The notes below the pieces were generated by a model that was not told where the DNA came from, searched no databases, and saw nothing but the letters and a program-made list of their open reading frames with translations. Positions 12,418-28,019 of a DNA stretch of 64,000 nucleotides are shown piece after piece. The DNA comes from Octopus vulgaris (taxonomy: Eukaryota). How positions within the stretch are numbered: position 1 is the stretch's first letter; each line of letters begins with the position of its first letter. The stretch covers positions 9,238,001 to 9,302,000 of the forward strand of contig OX597823.1 in NCBI GenBank assembly GCA_951406725.2, given 5' to 3'. The position numbers and the translations under genes were made by a program.

Positions 12418-12680
12418 ATCTTACCTTCGGAACGCGAAGTAGATGAAACAGGGACAACTGATGAAGGGGAATATTCTTTACGTTGTATGTTTCAGTTCTC
12501 TGTTTTTTTTTTCGTTGTTCGAAAAAAGTTCGTTTTCTATGTTTTTGTTTTTATGTTTGTGTTTCTCATTGTTTCCCCGTTTTTATGTCCTGTACCCATA
12601 TATGCATGTATATATACATATATATGTCAGTATGTATATATATGTATGTATAAAGGCATATATTTATATATATATATATA

Positions 12681-13231
12681 TGGTGGCTGCCCCCTCGTTA
12701 TCGAGTATGGCCATAGCACGAAGCTTAATCAATGTTGTTATCATGCAATGCCTGTGCAAGAAGATTTTTTTAAGTGAGGAAAGGCTGTGCACTGAGTCAA
12801 TCCCACTCACTAAGCAACACCAGCCATAATCCGAAAAGAAGAACAAGTCAACATCATCGGTAACCACTGAGCCGCAGGTGTTATGTCGGAGTTTTCCCAG
12901 TTTCCAGAGTTACCTTCTCTTAGAAGGATGCCCTAACAAAGGCTAGGAGTCCTTCACTCCCAATAGTTTAACCACGCGAGCGGGTATTCAGTCCGATTAT
13001 TTCTATGTCCCCGCGCATGATACAGCCTTAAGGCATTTATTGGATGGCCGTTGACTCTCAAGAGTTCCTCCGCCCTTTGACGGGTTTTGTTTTTCATCGC
13101 GCAGGGTGTCCAATAAACACCCTCCTCACCAAGCAAGCTTGGTGGGGTTGCCGGTTTAGTCGCCAACGACCCGTCCATGCAACAGGTTGTACTGTGTTAC
13201 ATGTTACCAGTAGCACTCGAAAGTGACCTGA
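12681..13231 (-). mobile_element. Non-coding RTE-derived (probably bipartite) element
   Basis: GC-richer 550-bp unit between TA-type tracts; minus-strand head resembles RTE 5'UTRs (ggtcgttggcgactaaaccggcaacccc..), tail tcgataacgagggggcagccacca followed by (TA)n. Confidence 0.55.
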
Positions 13232-13339
13232 CATATATACATACATACATGCACACACACACAAACAAGCACACACACACAAACAAGCACACACACACAT
13301 ATGCATATGTGCGTGTGTGTGTGGCGGGGGGTGTTATTC

Positions 13340-13600
13340 TTGTTCGGCTGTCCGTCATAGTTTGACTTTGACTGTTCTTGTTCAGTAATCATCTCTGGTA
13401 GGCTCGAACATGGGCTACAAGACCGGCGCTTGATCTGCAGCAGTGATGAGATCTGCTACAGGTGAAGCTACTTGACGCAATAGACAAGTGACACCTCTGA
13501 TTTGCTCTTTCGTATTCTCTCTGTTGCTTCTTCTCAATAGTCGGAATTACAAACTTCAGGGATCGGTGCCTTTGATTGTGCCACAGGGCTGGACCAAATA
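13340..13600 (-). pseudogene. RTE-clade LINE 3' end relic
   Basis: Minus translation ..SSSFTCSRSHHCCRSSAGLVAHVRAYQR* resembles the RTE C-terminal CxxC..SRxGLxxH motif. Confidence 0.55.
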
Positions 13601-14611
13601 TTTAAAAGTTCGTTTTGCAAACAGGCTCCGATTTCGATGTTAATGCGTGGAATTTTAAACGAATGTCTGCTTCAATAAACGCGAGTTGACTTAATATTGT
13701 GAATGAAATTGTGAAGAGATGACTACGCGGAATCTATCGCCTTGACAAATAATAATTTTAGCTTACAGAAAAGTTGAATATTTATTGCCATTTCTAATAT
13801 TTATAAAATGCCATAAATTTTAGCAAGTCAGAACATTTCCTAAAACGAACAACGAAATCTCACTGAAACGTTAACGCAGGTGTTTTGCAAAGCTGATGGC
13901 ACCGCCTTCCTCCGTTAATATAATAATACAGTAATATTCATAAACAAATAAAAAGATTTCACAAATACCATTTAAGTACGGGCAGGTTTATATTTAACGA
14001 TTTGTGCCAATGACGTTTTAATCATATGAAATTATACCTTCAATGATAAAAAATACTTATTGACACACGCAAGCGAGAGAACTCCTTAAGTTTAATTCAT
14101 CAAAATTAAATGGACAAAGGCAGTGAGTCTTATCCCTGATATATAAAATTAAAGTTCTGGACATGCTTTGGTTTTCTTCAAGCGCAACGGTTATGCATAC
14201 ATTCGTAAATACCAGGACTTAGAAATGGATTGGAATGAATATAATTTTTGAGTAAAAACTATTGTTATTCAGTAATTTAAAATAATAACATGGGAGAAAT
14301 TACAAGGTATATCTTCGACATGAAGATTTCTTACTATGTAGAGGCTATATGTATATTAAAGAGAACAAGAAATATGGTTTAACCAACTGGAATAAGTTTG
14401 AAAAGTCAAAATTAAAACACTAACAAAGATATATACAAATATGACTGGTTGCTTTTAAAATATGGGTTGGCTTCCCCATTACATATGTGAAAACTAAAAG
14501 CTAACGCGGGATCTCTGTTACTACTCCATCACTAGAAATTTCCCCAGAATCAAAGACGACTGCTTTGAAATGTGATACACATAAGATACACATTTTGAAA
14601 TATGATACACA

Positions 14612-14632
14612 TATCTATCTATCTGTTTATCG

Positions 14633-14714
<82 letters not shown>

Positions 14715-14860
14715 TAATTTATTTATCTATCTATCTATTTATCTATCTATCTACCTACCTATCCATCTATCTATTTGTGTTATGTGTGTGCGTTCATGCT
14801 TGTGTGTGTGTGTATGTGTGTGTGTACGTGTGTGTGTGCATGTGTATAGATACATACACA
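14612..14860. repeat. (TCTA)n plus (TG)n microsatellites
   Basis: Direct reading. Confidence 0.95.
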
Positions 14861-15544
14861 TATATGCTCACATATGTATAAACGGGAGAGTATGCTTGGA
14901 ACGTTTTCAGTCTTAAGTCTTTACGATCAGAGTAGACCTACGAGTAAACAACATCAATAACAGCAACAACAACAATAACAACAGCACCAACACCACCAAC
15001 AACAACTACAACACCAGCGACAACTGCACCAACACAATCGGGGATGATCGTACAAGTAGAAAGTGCTTTGTAAGATTTCTATAGATTGTTTACGATAGAT
15101 TTTAAATAATATCCCTTTTACTGCGAAATAACGAATTTCCAAATTTCCATATAAAGCAAATGATAGACATGAAAGTAATAACATTAACATAAAGCCTCCT
15201 CTTATTCGTAAAAATTATACTTATTACAAAGTAATTAAATTTGCCACAAACTGATAAACGATCATATAGAATCCATAAAAAGAAAGCAAACATATCCAAC
15301 TGATTTTGCATTCATGAAGATTCTGTATAGCCTCTCTAAAATGGACACTTGGGATATTGAAAAAGATTCCCAAATCAGTTTTCCAAACCAGTCAAATCGC
15401 GAGCAATAAAACAACAAAAGCAGTTAATTGCATTTAGTTTAAAAAGCAATTCAATACCGACATATTAATAGAGGCCGCTTAGAGCTTTCATCAACTTAAG
15501 AAAATGAAACACATGCAACAGTCAATTATATCGTCCAATATTGA

Positions 15545-15965
15545 TAGGAGTGGCTGTGTGGTAAGTAGCTTCTTTACCAACCACATGGTTCTGGGTTCAG
15601 TCCTACTGCGTGGCATCTTGGGCAAGTGTCTTCTGTTATAGCCTCGGGTCGACAAATGCCTTGTGAGTGGATTTGGTAGACGGAAACTGAAAGAAGCCTG
15701 TCGTATATATGTATATATGTGTATGTATGTGTATGTGTGTGTGTGTTTGTGTGTCTGTGTTTGTCCCGCCACCATCGCTTGACAACCGATGCTGGTGTGT
15801 TTACGTCCCCGTCACTTAGCGTTTCGGCAAAAAGAGACCGATAGAATGAGTACTGGGCTTACAAATAATAAGTCCTGGGAGTCGATTTGCTCGACTAAAG
15901 GTGGTGCTCCAGCATGGCCGCAGTCAAATGGCTGAAACAAGTAAAAGAGTAAAAGAGTAAAGAGT
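15545..15965 (+). mobile_element. tRNA-derived SINE family C with internal TA/TG microsatellite
   Basis: Head GGAGTGGCTGTGTGGTAAG..GGGTTCAGTCC, CORE-like CTTGGGCAAGTGTCTTCT, tail (AGTAAAAG)n; many copies in the window. Confidence 0.9.
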
Positions 15966-16024
15966 ATATCAATGTTTACGTTGCTCTAGATGCTGATGAT
16001 GAATAACAACGTCGTAATGGTTAC

Positions 16025-16410
16025 GGCGGGCGAAATGCTTGGCGGTATTTCGTCTGCTGTTACGTTCTGAGTTCAAATTCCGCCAAGGTCGATTTACCTT
16101 TCATCCTTTCGGGGTCGATAAATTAAGTACCAGTTACGCATTGGGGTCGATATAATCGGCTTAATCCGTTTGTCTGTCCTTGTTTGTCCCTTCTGCGTTT
16201 AGCTCCTTGTGGGTAGTAAAGAAATAGGTATTTCGTCTGCTACTACGTTCTGAGTTCAAATTCCACCGAGGTCGAATTTACCTTTCATCCTTTCGGGGTC
16301 GATTAAATAAGTACCAGTTACACACTGGGGTCGATATAATCGGCTTAATCCGTTTGTCTGTCCTTGTTTGTCCTCTCTGTGTTTAACGCCATGTGGGTAG
16401 TAAAGAAATG
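16025..16410 (+). mobile_element. SINE family B, two tandem units
   Basis: Same blocks as 8849-9450. Confidence 0.88.
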
Positions 16411-16991
16411 GGATTTCACCTCGCTTAGGAGTTTGAAAGATTATGTTATCCAAAGTGACCTTTTATCTCTCGAGATTTGGGGTTATAATAGGAGATCTAA
16501 CTGTTATTTCTAGCAAGCTCAATAACCAATTTGAATCTTCTTTGAATGTTCCTATATGTCTTAAGAAAATCGTATGGTACATAGCCTAATAAATCTCCGA
16601 CTTGTCACGGATGCGTTATGTATCATCTTTTCAATAAAAAAAAAAGCGGTCGTTAAATCTAGTACTTAAGGTGGCGCATGTGAGAATGTAGCACTAACCG
16701 GTTCGTAAATATAACACTTACGCTTCCCACCTATAACGTATTTCTAAAGAAAAAAAACAGGAAGTCCTTCTTTTATGGGAGCAATAAATAGAGAGATCAG
16801 GAGAATTTGATGCATTAAAGGCATACAACGGGAATGCACAACCATCACCGATATAAAGCGCACATACATACATGCATATGTATATATATATATATATATA
16901 CACACATTTTCTATTCCTGAGCGTTAATAGAAATACATCTGTTTGTTTTGTACACCACCTGTGTTCGTCTTTTGATTTTTTCATAAACTCT

Positions 16992-17052
<61 letters not shown>

Positions 17053-17160
17053 TATAACTATATATATTTACATATATATGTATATGTGTGTATATATATG
17101 TATACGTGTATATATGTATATGTGTATATATGTATATATGTATATGTATGTATGTATGTA

Positions 17161-17218
<58 letters not shown>

Positions 17219-17385
17219 ATACCGCTTTGGTATTTTAGTCGAATGAATCATCCCTAGTACTTATTTTTAAAACCTGGCACTTATTTTATCGGTCTTTGCT
17301 GAATTGCTATGTTACGGTGATTCAAACAAACCAACATCGGTTATCCTACACAGACAGTCACACAAACACGTATGCATACAGACAT

Positions 17386-17474
<89 letters not shown>

Positions 17475-17713
17475 TATAGAATATGAAGGGTTTAGGTCAT
17501 TGGTGATCTAAACGAATAGGTACGCTGAGGGTGTGTTATAATTGATTACCCGCTACCTTCAAAGTTCACAGCTGAGGTATAGCTACGGAGCCTTATTAAC
17601 CTTCCGTGTTAGCAGGTATATATTATATTAGAGGGAAAGAACAACAAAAACCAAGGCAGGACGAGTATCTCAAGTCATTTAGAGTAATTTACTTAGGGCA
17701 AGGGGAATTTGAA

Positions 17714-17789
17714 ATCTTACAGCTGTTTCTGGAATATCCCAAGTGATAAGCTAACGTGTCAGTATCCTGGGTATTCCGTTAGCAGAGAC
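17714..17789 (-). ncRNA. Degenerate hammerhead motif with palindromic helix III
   Basis: gtct-CTGCTAA-c-ggaatacccagg..cttgggatattcc-a-GAAAC-AGCT-GTA-agat; two core substitutions relative to CTGATGA. Confidence 0.6.
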
Positions 17790-17974
17790 AAGGTAAGTAT
17801 GTATCAAAGTTCTAGACAGAGTAATTCACAGTTTAGAAGGAATAAGAAAAATAAAGAGTGAAAGTAGAAGAATACAGACAGGAGAGCAAAGTTCAGAGTC
17901 CATCATTTTCCAAAGGGTAAGGAGGTTGGTCCGTACTTCCATAAAGGTATAGGCCATGAGGTATAATCCCAGCA

Positions 17975-18200
17975 AAGGCGGCGAGCTGGCAGAGAAGTTA
18001 GCACGCCGGGCGAAATGCTTAGCAGTATTTCACCTACCGCTACGTACTGAGTTCAGATTTCGCCGAGGTCGACTTTGCCTTTCATCCTTTCGGGGTCGAT
18101 AAGTTAAGTACACTGGAGTCGATGTAATCGACTTAATACCTATGCCTGTCCTTGTTTGTCCCCTCTATGTTTAGCTCCTTGTGGGTAATAAAGAAATAGG
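17975..18200 (+). mobile_element. SINE family B, single unit
   Basis: aaggcggcgagctggcag head through gtaataaagaaatag end. Confidence 0.88.
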
Positions 18201-19659
18201 TATAATTCCAGTTGGCTGGCTGACTAGCAGGCTGGCCGTCTGGCCGTAGGCATGGTGTTTGTCCAATTATACAGAGGAGGTATCCAGCGTGCCCAGCACC
18301 AACACGCAGATGATGATCAAGCAATTATCATCGACACCGATGGGATGACGGGCTCCGCACCATATGTTACCACTAGGCACACCAGCACTAACTCTGACAG
18401 CCTCATCGTCTACCATATGACCACATTCCCTCTCACAATCTACCCACACATATATGTGTATGTGCGCGCGCGCATGTATCCTATATAGTAGATATATAAA
18501 CAAGGAAAATTTATTTTTTTATCCGTAGACTGAATAAAATATGATAAACTGTCTTAATCGATTTTCGAACCCTATTGGGGTCGGAAGTAGTTACATCAGT
18601 CTGATGAATCCCAGGGCAACACGCAACCAGTCTGATTATATACTCAAAACATCCATGTAATACAGAGAACTGGGGGCTACTAATATTCATGCCGCAAATA
18701 TTTAAGACTGTATTTATTTTCACAAGTCTAGAGGAGTTGAAATATATGCTTTGTGCAGGCACATGAGATAGTTACATGTAAAAGTAATGCAACTAACTAA
18801 CGTAACGAATTAGTCATTCCATGTCTACACTAATGTAATAAAACTTTCTTGAAGTTTTCGCTTATCTGATATTATTGGATGTAGAAACGAATTGTATACT
18901 GCGTCCTTATTCTTCTTGCTAACTTTAGCTTTACCGTTTTACAATCCTTCATATATCTAAATTCAGTTTTAATAATGCCACAAGTAACTAGTCAATTGCT
19001 TTGGTACACTCGTAAATAGTCGAAACAACTCTGACCATTACTATAAAATATATTCATTAACAACTTTCAGCTCTCCTTACATGGTTTCATCTTCTTAGGC
19101 TAATCTTTAACTTGGTATTTTTTGTACTTCTTATCACCGTATTAAAGATATTATTGTAAGAATATAAAGAACAGAACGGCTGTTTACTACTATGTATTAC
19201 TAACATTTTACTACTATTTCCTATTCTGAGTTTCTGGTGAATATATACGAATACACTAGTTGATTCTAGGAGTGTAATAGTCTCTTTGGGCCAAGCTGTT
19301 TCCAATACATTTGACTTGGAAGCTAATGAGACAAACAATCTATAGTCTCCCTAATAAACTAAAGCTCTGATTAATATGAATACAAGCAGTTTATATTTGG
19401 TGACTTGGCTTCCATATCTCTCGCTCATTATATTTAATAGTTTAACCTCTGTTATGAAAGCCAGTGAATATTTTGATATTACCTTCGTAAATTAGTCCGA
19501 AGAAATTAATAGTGGAACTTTCACTTAATATCGTGTGGATTTAATAACTTGGAGTTATAGTCTATAATGTTGATTGCTGTACAATCTTTTGCTGATTATC
19601 GGAAAGATAATTGATTCGAAAAATACAATAACACAATATTCATTATTGTGTTTACTATG

Positions 19660-22570
<2,911 letters not shown>

Positions 22571-22600
22571 GCGAGAATGAAGCAACAAGAATGGATAGGT

Positions 22601-22691
22601 TTTTAGTACAATCGTTTCATACAAGGACAGGTTTTATTAAAAGTTGCAAAAATTACAGCATATAAACGTGTCCCGTACTCATCAGCTAAAA
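22601..22691 (-). ncRNA. Type-I hammerhead ribozyme, left palindrome arm
   Basis: Reverse complement of the 23005-23095 motif. Confidence 0.85.
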
Positions 22692-23004
22692 TACATGTGA
22701 GTTCTCTAGACATCCTAGTGGTTGAGGCTATACTCATGAAGTAATGTAGATAATTAAGTAACATAAACAGATTTCAAAAGTTCATTAAAGTTCTTTAAAG
22801 ATGATGTACAGTCTTATCACAGAATTTTAAAAAAGTCTTAATAGCATCAAGACTTAATAGCATTTTTAAAATTCTGTGATAAGACTGTACATCATCTTTA
22901 AAGAACTTTAATGAACTTTTGAAATCTGTTTATGTTACTTAATTATCTACATTACTTCATGAGTATAGCCTCAACCACTAGGATGTCTAGAGAACTCACA
23001 TGTA

Positions 23005-23095
23005 TTTTAGCTGATGAGTACGGGACACGTTTATATGCTGTAATTTTTGCAACTTTTAATAAAACCTGTCCTTGTATGAAACGATTGTACTAAAA
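23005..23095 (+). ncRNA. Type-I hammerhead ribozyme with long helix II, right palindrome arm
   Basis: ttttag-CTGATGA-gtacgggac..gtccttgtat-GAAAC-gatt-GTA-ctaaaa; 6-bp helix I, intact core, GUA triplet. Confidence 0.85.
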
Positions 23096-23545
23096 ACCTA
23101 TCCATTCTTGTTGCTTCATTCTCGCTTATAATCACCCCACATTACTGTATTGTTAAATCAGTATAGTTTTTTTTTGGTGCATCTAAGTTAGGTACCATAT
23201 TCAAGTAAATTCATTTAAATTAACTTGAATCTTTATTGCTTTTTGTATATATATATATATATATATATAATATAAGATATATATATAGAGAGAGAGATAG
23301 ATAGATATAGATATATATCTATACACACATACACACACATATACATATATGTATATATATATAGTTAATCCAAACATAAATATACAAAGATAAATTATAT
23401 AGATATATGTATATATATACATACATGTATGTAATTAATCAAAAAACAAAGGAAGGGAAAACACAAAAAGAATAAAAAAAGCAACAACGCGAGGATGTGG
23501 TACACGCAAAGTATTAACGGACGCTAAGGGAAGGTAAGAAATTTA

Positions 23546-23581
23546 GTTTTACGTTTCGAGCAAAAGCTCTTCTTCTGAAAC
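23546..23581 (-). ncRNA. Minimal hammerhead motif, degenerate core CAGAAGA, repeat family F2
   Basis: gttt-CAGAAGA-a-gagc-tttt-gctc-GAAAC-GTA-aaac within a repeat at ~23430-23615. Confidence 0.65.
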
Positions 23582-24980
23582 AGGAGATTGAGGTAAGTCC
23601 AAGACAAAGCTTGTATGCATGTATTTTTGTAGTCGTACATATATATCTGAATAGTTAACTACGTGTGGACACATTCGACAAGGCAGTCGATATACATATA
23701 TTGACTAAGGGAAACCAGTGATAGTAGCTTTGAAATATAGACCATGACGGATTACTCGTCCGCCTATAAATCTTAAAATGCTAGAACTATGTTTATCTGT
23801 CAGACTTTGGGTGGAGAATATCACAAGATTAGAATAGCGTAAAGACTAAAATTGCACGGCTGTGTAGTAACTAGAAGAAATTTAACGATTTCCCACTTTT
23901 GCAATAAAGACAAATATTGGTATATCACATATCAGAAATCATAACTTTTTTAGTCATTAATATTATCTCCAACAAAGGCTGCAAACTAGCCAAATGCTTA
24001 GCGGGATTTCGTTCACCTTTATGTTCTAAGTTCAAATTATTCCCACTTCGATTTTACCTTTCATCCTTTCGGAGTTTATATAATAAGTACCAATGGAGTA
24101 CTTGGGTTGATGTAATTGACTTACTCCTCCAACTAAGTTCTGTTTTATATGAGAACAGAGTTGATCTCTACAGTCACAATTTCTCTAAACTTCGCATTGT
24201 CTGGAGAGATGACGGTAGTTGCAGACACGTGTTTCAGCGTCAATAGTTGTCAACCGTCCAACCTTATTTCCACAAGTCAAAGCTCCAAGGTGTATATTCC
24301 ACAAAGAAAGAAATTATTGAAATTAATAGGAAATATACGCTATTTCGAAATTTCAATGAAATGCTGGCTATTAGAGTAAATACGAATGCTTGGCCATGCA
24401 GCTTGTAGTAATCCGTAGTATATCTCCAGTGATCAACCAGTACATGAAAATAAATAACTGCCCTGCTACCAATTCCACCAAGATCGTAAGAATATGCACG
24501 CTTTCATTTTTTCCACTCATTTTCACCTTCGGCTTTTTACTTCTACTACTCAGATTTTCACAAACTAATATATTCTGGGCAATGTATCTCAAATGACAGA
24601 CTTACTATCCAGTGTGATAATCGAAGACGTGAGATTGGAATAGATAGACGTTACAGTTCTTGCCTGAAACCTTCAAGCTTCTGGTGTTCTATATGATACA
24701 CACTCCAATATACCCTCAAATGGATCTCACGTGAGCGTTATCTAGTCTTCTGATCAACAAAGTGTCATATATGAGGGCAGTGTCCTTATAAGCAAAATGG
24801 TATCCTTACACGCATAGAGCTCAAGTGAACATCACTATTCTATATTCAAATGCTGGTGCATTAAAAGAAAAATGTTTTTGGAGCAATACATAAAAAACAT
24901 GTAGCGGTCAGTGTGTTTCTTGAAAAGAACTTTGTCACAAAACAAAATCTAAGAATCCATGCAAGTAAAGCTATGAAACC

Positions 24981-25011
<31 letters not shown>

Positions 25012-25109
25012 GTTACTCCAAACATGAACAAAGAGAAAACACAACAACGCGACGAGGTGGAACAAGTATAGTGTTATTGGACGCTCAGGAAAGGAAAGAA
25101 AGAAGGATG

Positions 25110-25144
25110 ATTTAACGTTTCGAGCGGAGCTCTTCGTCAGAAAC
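25110..25144 (-). ncRNA. Minimal hammerhead motif, intact core CUGACGA, repeat family F2
   Basis: gttt-CTGACGA-a-gagc-tcc-gctc-GAAAC-GTT-aaat within a TA-anchored repeat at ~25011-25510. Confidence 0.8.
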
Positions 25145-25897
25145 ATAGAAAAAAAAAAGAGTCCAAGGAAGGGAAGACAGAGAAAGAAAATCGCCAACGA
25201 TACTCACGCGGTCACATATTGAATGACCGGAAGGAAATAGTTGAAGTAAAAGTTCTTTCAAAGACAGGAGACTACAAGAGAAGGTATTGGAGGAAGGAGT
25301 GGAGGTCAGGTGTGATGAGATGATGTGAATGTTCGTGTAGGTGTAAATGGTGGCGACAAAAGGAGAAAAGTGGAAGAAGAAGAAAGGTAAAAAGTGGAAG
25401 AGTCACGGACAAATTTTTTGATGATTTCCAATCACGATTACAGTGGCGTACTCCGGATGAATGGTAACAGGAATCCGTAGGTGTAAAAATCCAGGAATTG
25501 GTTATCCAAATCATGTGTGTGTGTATGTATGTATGTATGTATGTATGTATGTATGTATGTATGTATGTATGTATGTATGTGTATATATATATATATATAT
25601 ATCTGTTATAAGAAAGCGGTAGACGTTACTTCAAGCACCAGCACGAAGCAATAACTCATCAACTATTTGTGACTGGTACAGCTACAACCAGTTTGTTATA
25701 GATTACTGATAATGAAATCGGATACAACCAGAGTTTAAGTAAATAGGCTTTAACCGGAAGTTTATATGTACTATAGATGCAGTTGGGAAGATTACTATAC
25801 TGCCTGTGTAGTGGACTAACTAGTGGTATAGACTTTAACACTGAATTATAACTAGAGTTTTAACAGTATATGCTTCTTTAATTTTCTTGTCCTTACA

Positions 25898-26272
25898 TCT
25901 TTATATATAAAAGTGAGGTTGTGTGCTGTCTGTCTCCTACGATTTAGATTCCTAACTACTCCCACATTTTGCGGTGCAGTTTAACCAAAACCGGGTATCT
26001 TATAGTCGTGATTTATATCGAACCCTTCTGCGTATTAGCGCGCGTCTACGATGAGTCTACGATTTAAAAAAAAATTACCATCAATTTTTCGCATTTTTAA
26101 TGCATTTTTGGCACATATAAGTGAAGTAACTCTCTAAAAATTTATTATTAAATCTCAGAACGTAAAAAGCAACAGTAACATCCCCCCCTTTGTGGTTAGC
26201 CATATTGAGATGGCTATTATAAAAATGCTTATATAGTTATTTCCCTTACAAACCCGAGCAACGCCGGGCTAG
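25898..26272 (+). mobile_element. Non-autonomous Helitron
   Basis: A|TCTTTATATATAAAAGTGAGG...CCCGAGCAACGCCGGG-CTAG|T. Confidence 0.85.
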
Positions 26273-26737
26273 TTGGTAGTTGCTAGCTGCTAGTTGCTTA
26301 TAAATAATTCATCTTCCGTCATTATATTTCCCTTTACAAAATTTCACTTACAATGACGGTGTCGTTCCCATTAATTATAGTTGAGGAGATATCGAACTCA
26401 GTACATTTCGGTTATAAGTTTATAATTGCGTAATCACTTCTCTGCATAATTTTCTTAACAGGTAGTAACAAAATTTTGTGTAGGTCGTGTAACCTGTTGT
26501 TTGAACGATGTATAAGCAGTTAAATAGATATGTGATTTTTTTTGTAGATGGATTTCAGAGATATCTAACCAACGAAGATGGATGGATCGATAGTTGGATG
26601 AACGAAAAAGCCAGATTGGATTTTAGATAAATATCAGAGGAAAGAACGTTATGGTGTATATGATTGAAGACGTAAGCTAGCATCATATATATATATGTAT
26701 ATATATATACATATGTATATATATATATATACATATG

Positions 26738-26802
<65 letters not shown>

Positions 26803-27172
26803 ATATATATGCGTGCGTGGAGGAGTATATGTGCACATATATGTAATACATATGTACATAGTAAAACCTATATACATACAAATGTAGTAAAAGCTTGTAT
26901 GGTATTGTGTGTGTCTACACACACGCTCGCGCGCGCCCACGCGGCCCCCCACACACATATGCTGTATGTGTGTTCGTGTGAGTAGATCGCATACGTAATT
27001 TACTGTTAAAAATTTCGTCCCAGTTTCCTGTTCCACACAGCGGTATCTGTGGGAAGTTCTTGGTGGACTAATTTATACTGAATTTGGGATGAACTTTAGG
27101 GACGTGAATTGTGTGGAACCATTTTACTTTTGTGTTTGCGTGTGTGCGTGTGTCATTTTCTCTCTTTGTCTC

Positions 27173-27210
<38 letters not shown>

Positions 27211-27592
27211 ACCGTTGCACGCTAGTTATTGGAGTATTTAAGCATCAATAAATTAGCGTTTCAGTGGAAATAGTAGCACAGAAAGAGGATCAAACTTAAT
27301 GTAATTACTCGGACGATTTGATCGCCCAAGTCTTTGAAGTTGATGCACCAGTGTGCCGGCTTGCCATGACTGGAACAAGAAAAAGAGTAAAGAATACATA
27401 CATACAAGCGTGCATGTATGCATGCATCCATTCATTCATCCATCAATCCATCCATCGATCGACCTATCCATTCATCCATCGATCCAGTCATATATACATA
27501 CATACACACATACAACACACACATGGATACATACATATATAATTCACATACCAAGATACATACATACATACACATATACATTTCTTTCAGGA

Positions 27593-27969
27593 GCACTCCG
27601 TCGCTTGCGACGATGAGGGTCCCAGCTGATACGATCAATGGAACAGCTTGCTCGTGATATTAACGTGCAAGTGGCTGAGCACTCCACAGACACGTGTATC
27701 CTTAACGTAGTTCTCGGGGATATTCAGCGTGACACAGAGAGTGACAAGACCGGCCCTTTGAAATACAGGTACAACAGAAACAGGAAGTAAGAGTGAGAGA
27801 AAGTTGTGGTGAAAGAGTACAGCAGGGATCACCACCATCCCCTGCCGGAGCCTCGTGGAGCTTTACGTGTTTTCGCTCAATAAACATTCACAACGCCCGG
27901 TCTGGGAATCGAAACCGCGATCCTCCGACCGCGAGTCCGCTGCCCTAACCACTGGGCCATTGCGCCTCC
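27593..27969 (-). mobile_element. SINE family A, full length
   Basis: Reverse complement of 485-854. Confidence 0.9.
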
Positions 27970-28019
27970 ACATATGAATATATACATACATACATATTGG
28001 CCAGAATCTGACAGCAGAG

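Larger units (their letters stand above)
22571..23125. repeat. Perfect inverted repeat, 263-bp arms and 29-bp spacer (inverted pseudo-LTR pair)
   Basis: 22571-22833 is the reverse complement of 22863-23125 with no mismatch seen. Confidence 0.95.

Noticed and set aside
18200-18450. GC-richer segment with short ORFs on both strands
   Set aside because: No recognisable domain or clear splice signals; left unassigned
18590-18610. CTGATGA hammerhead core
   Set aside because: Part of a catcag-t-ctgatg hairpin with no helix II plus GAAAC..UH arrangement
24130-24600. Overlapping short ORFs on both strands
   Set aside because: No identifiable domain; length compatible with chance
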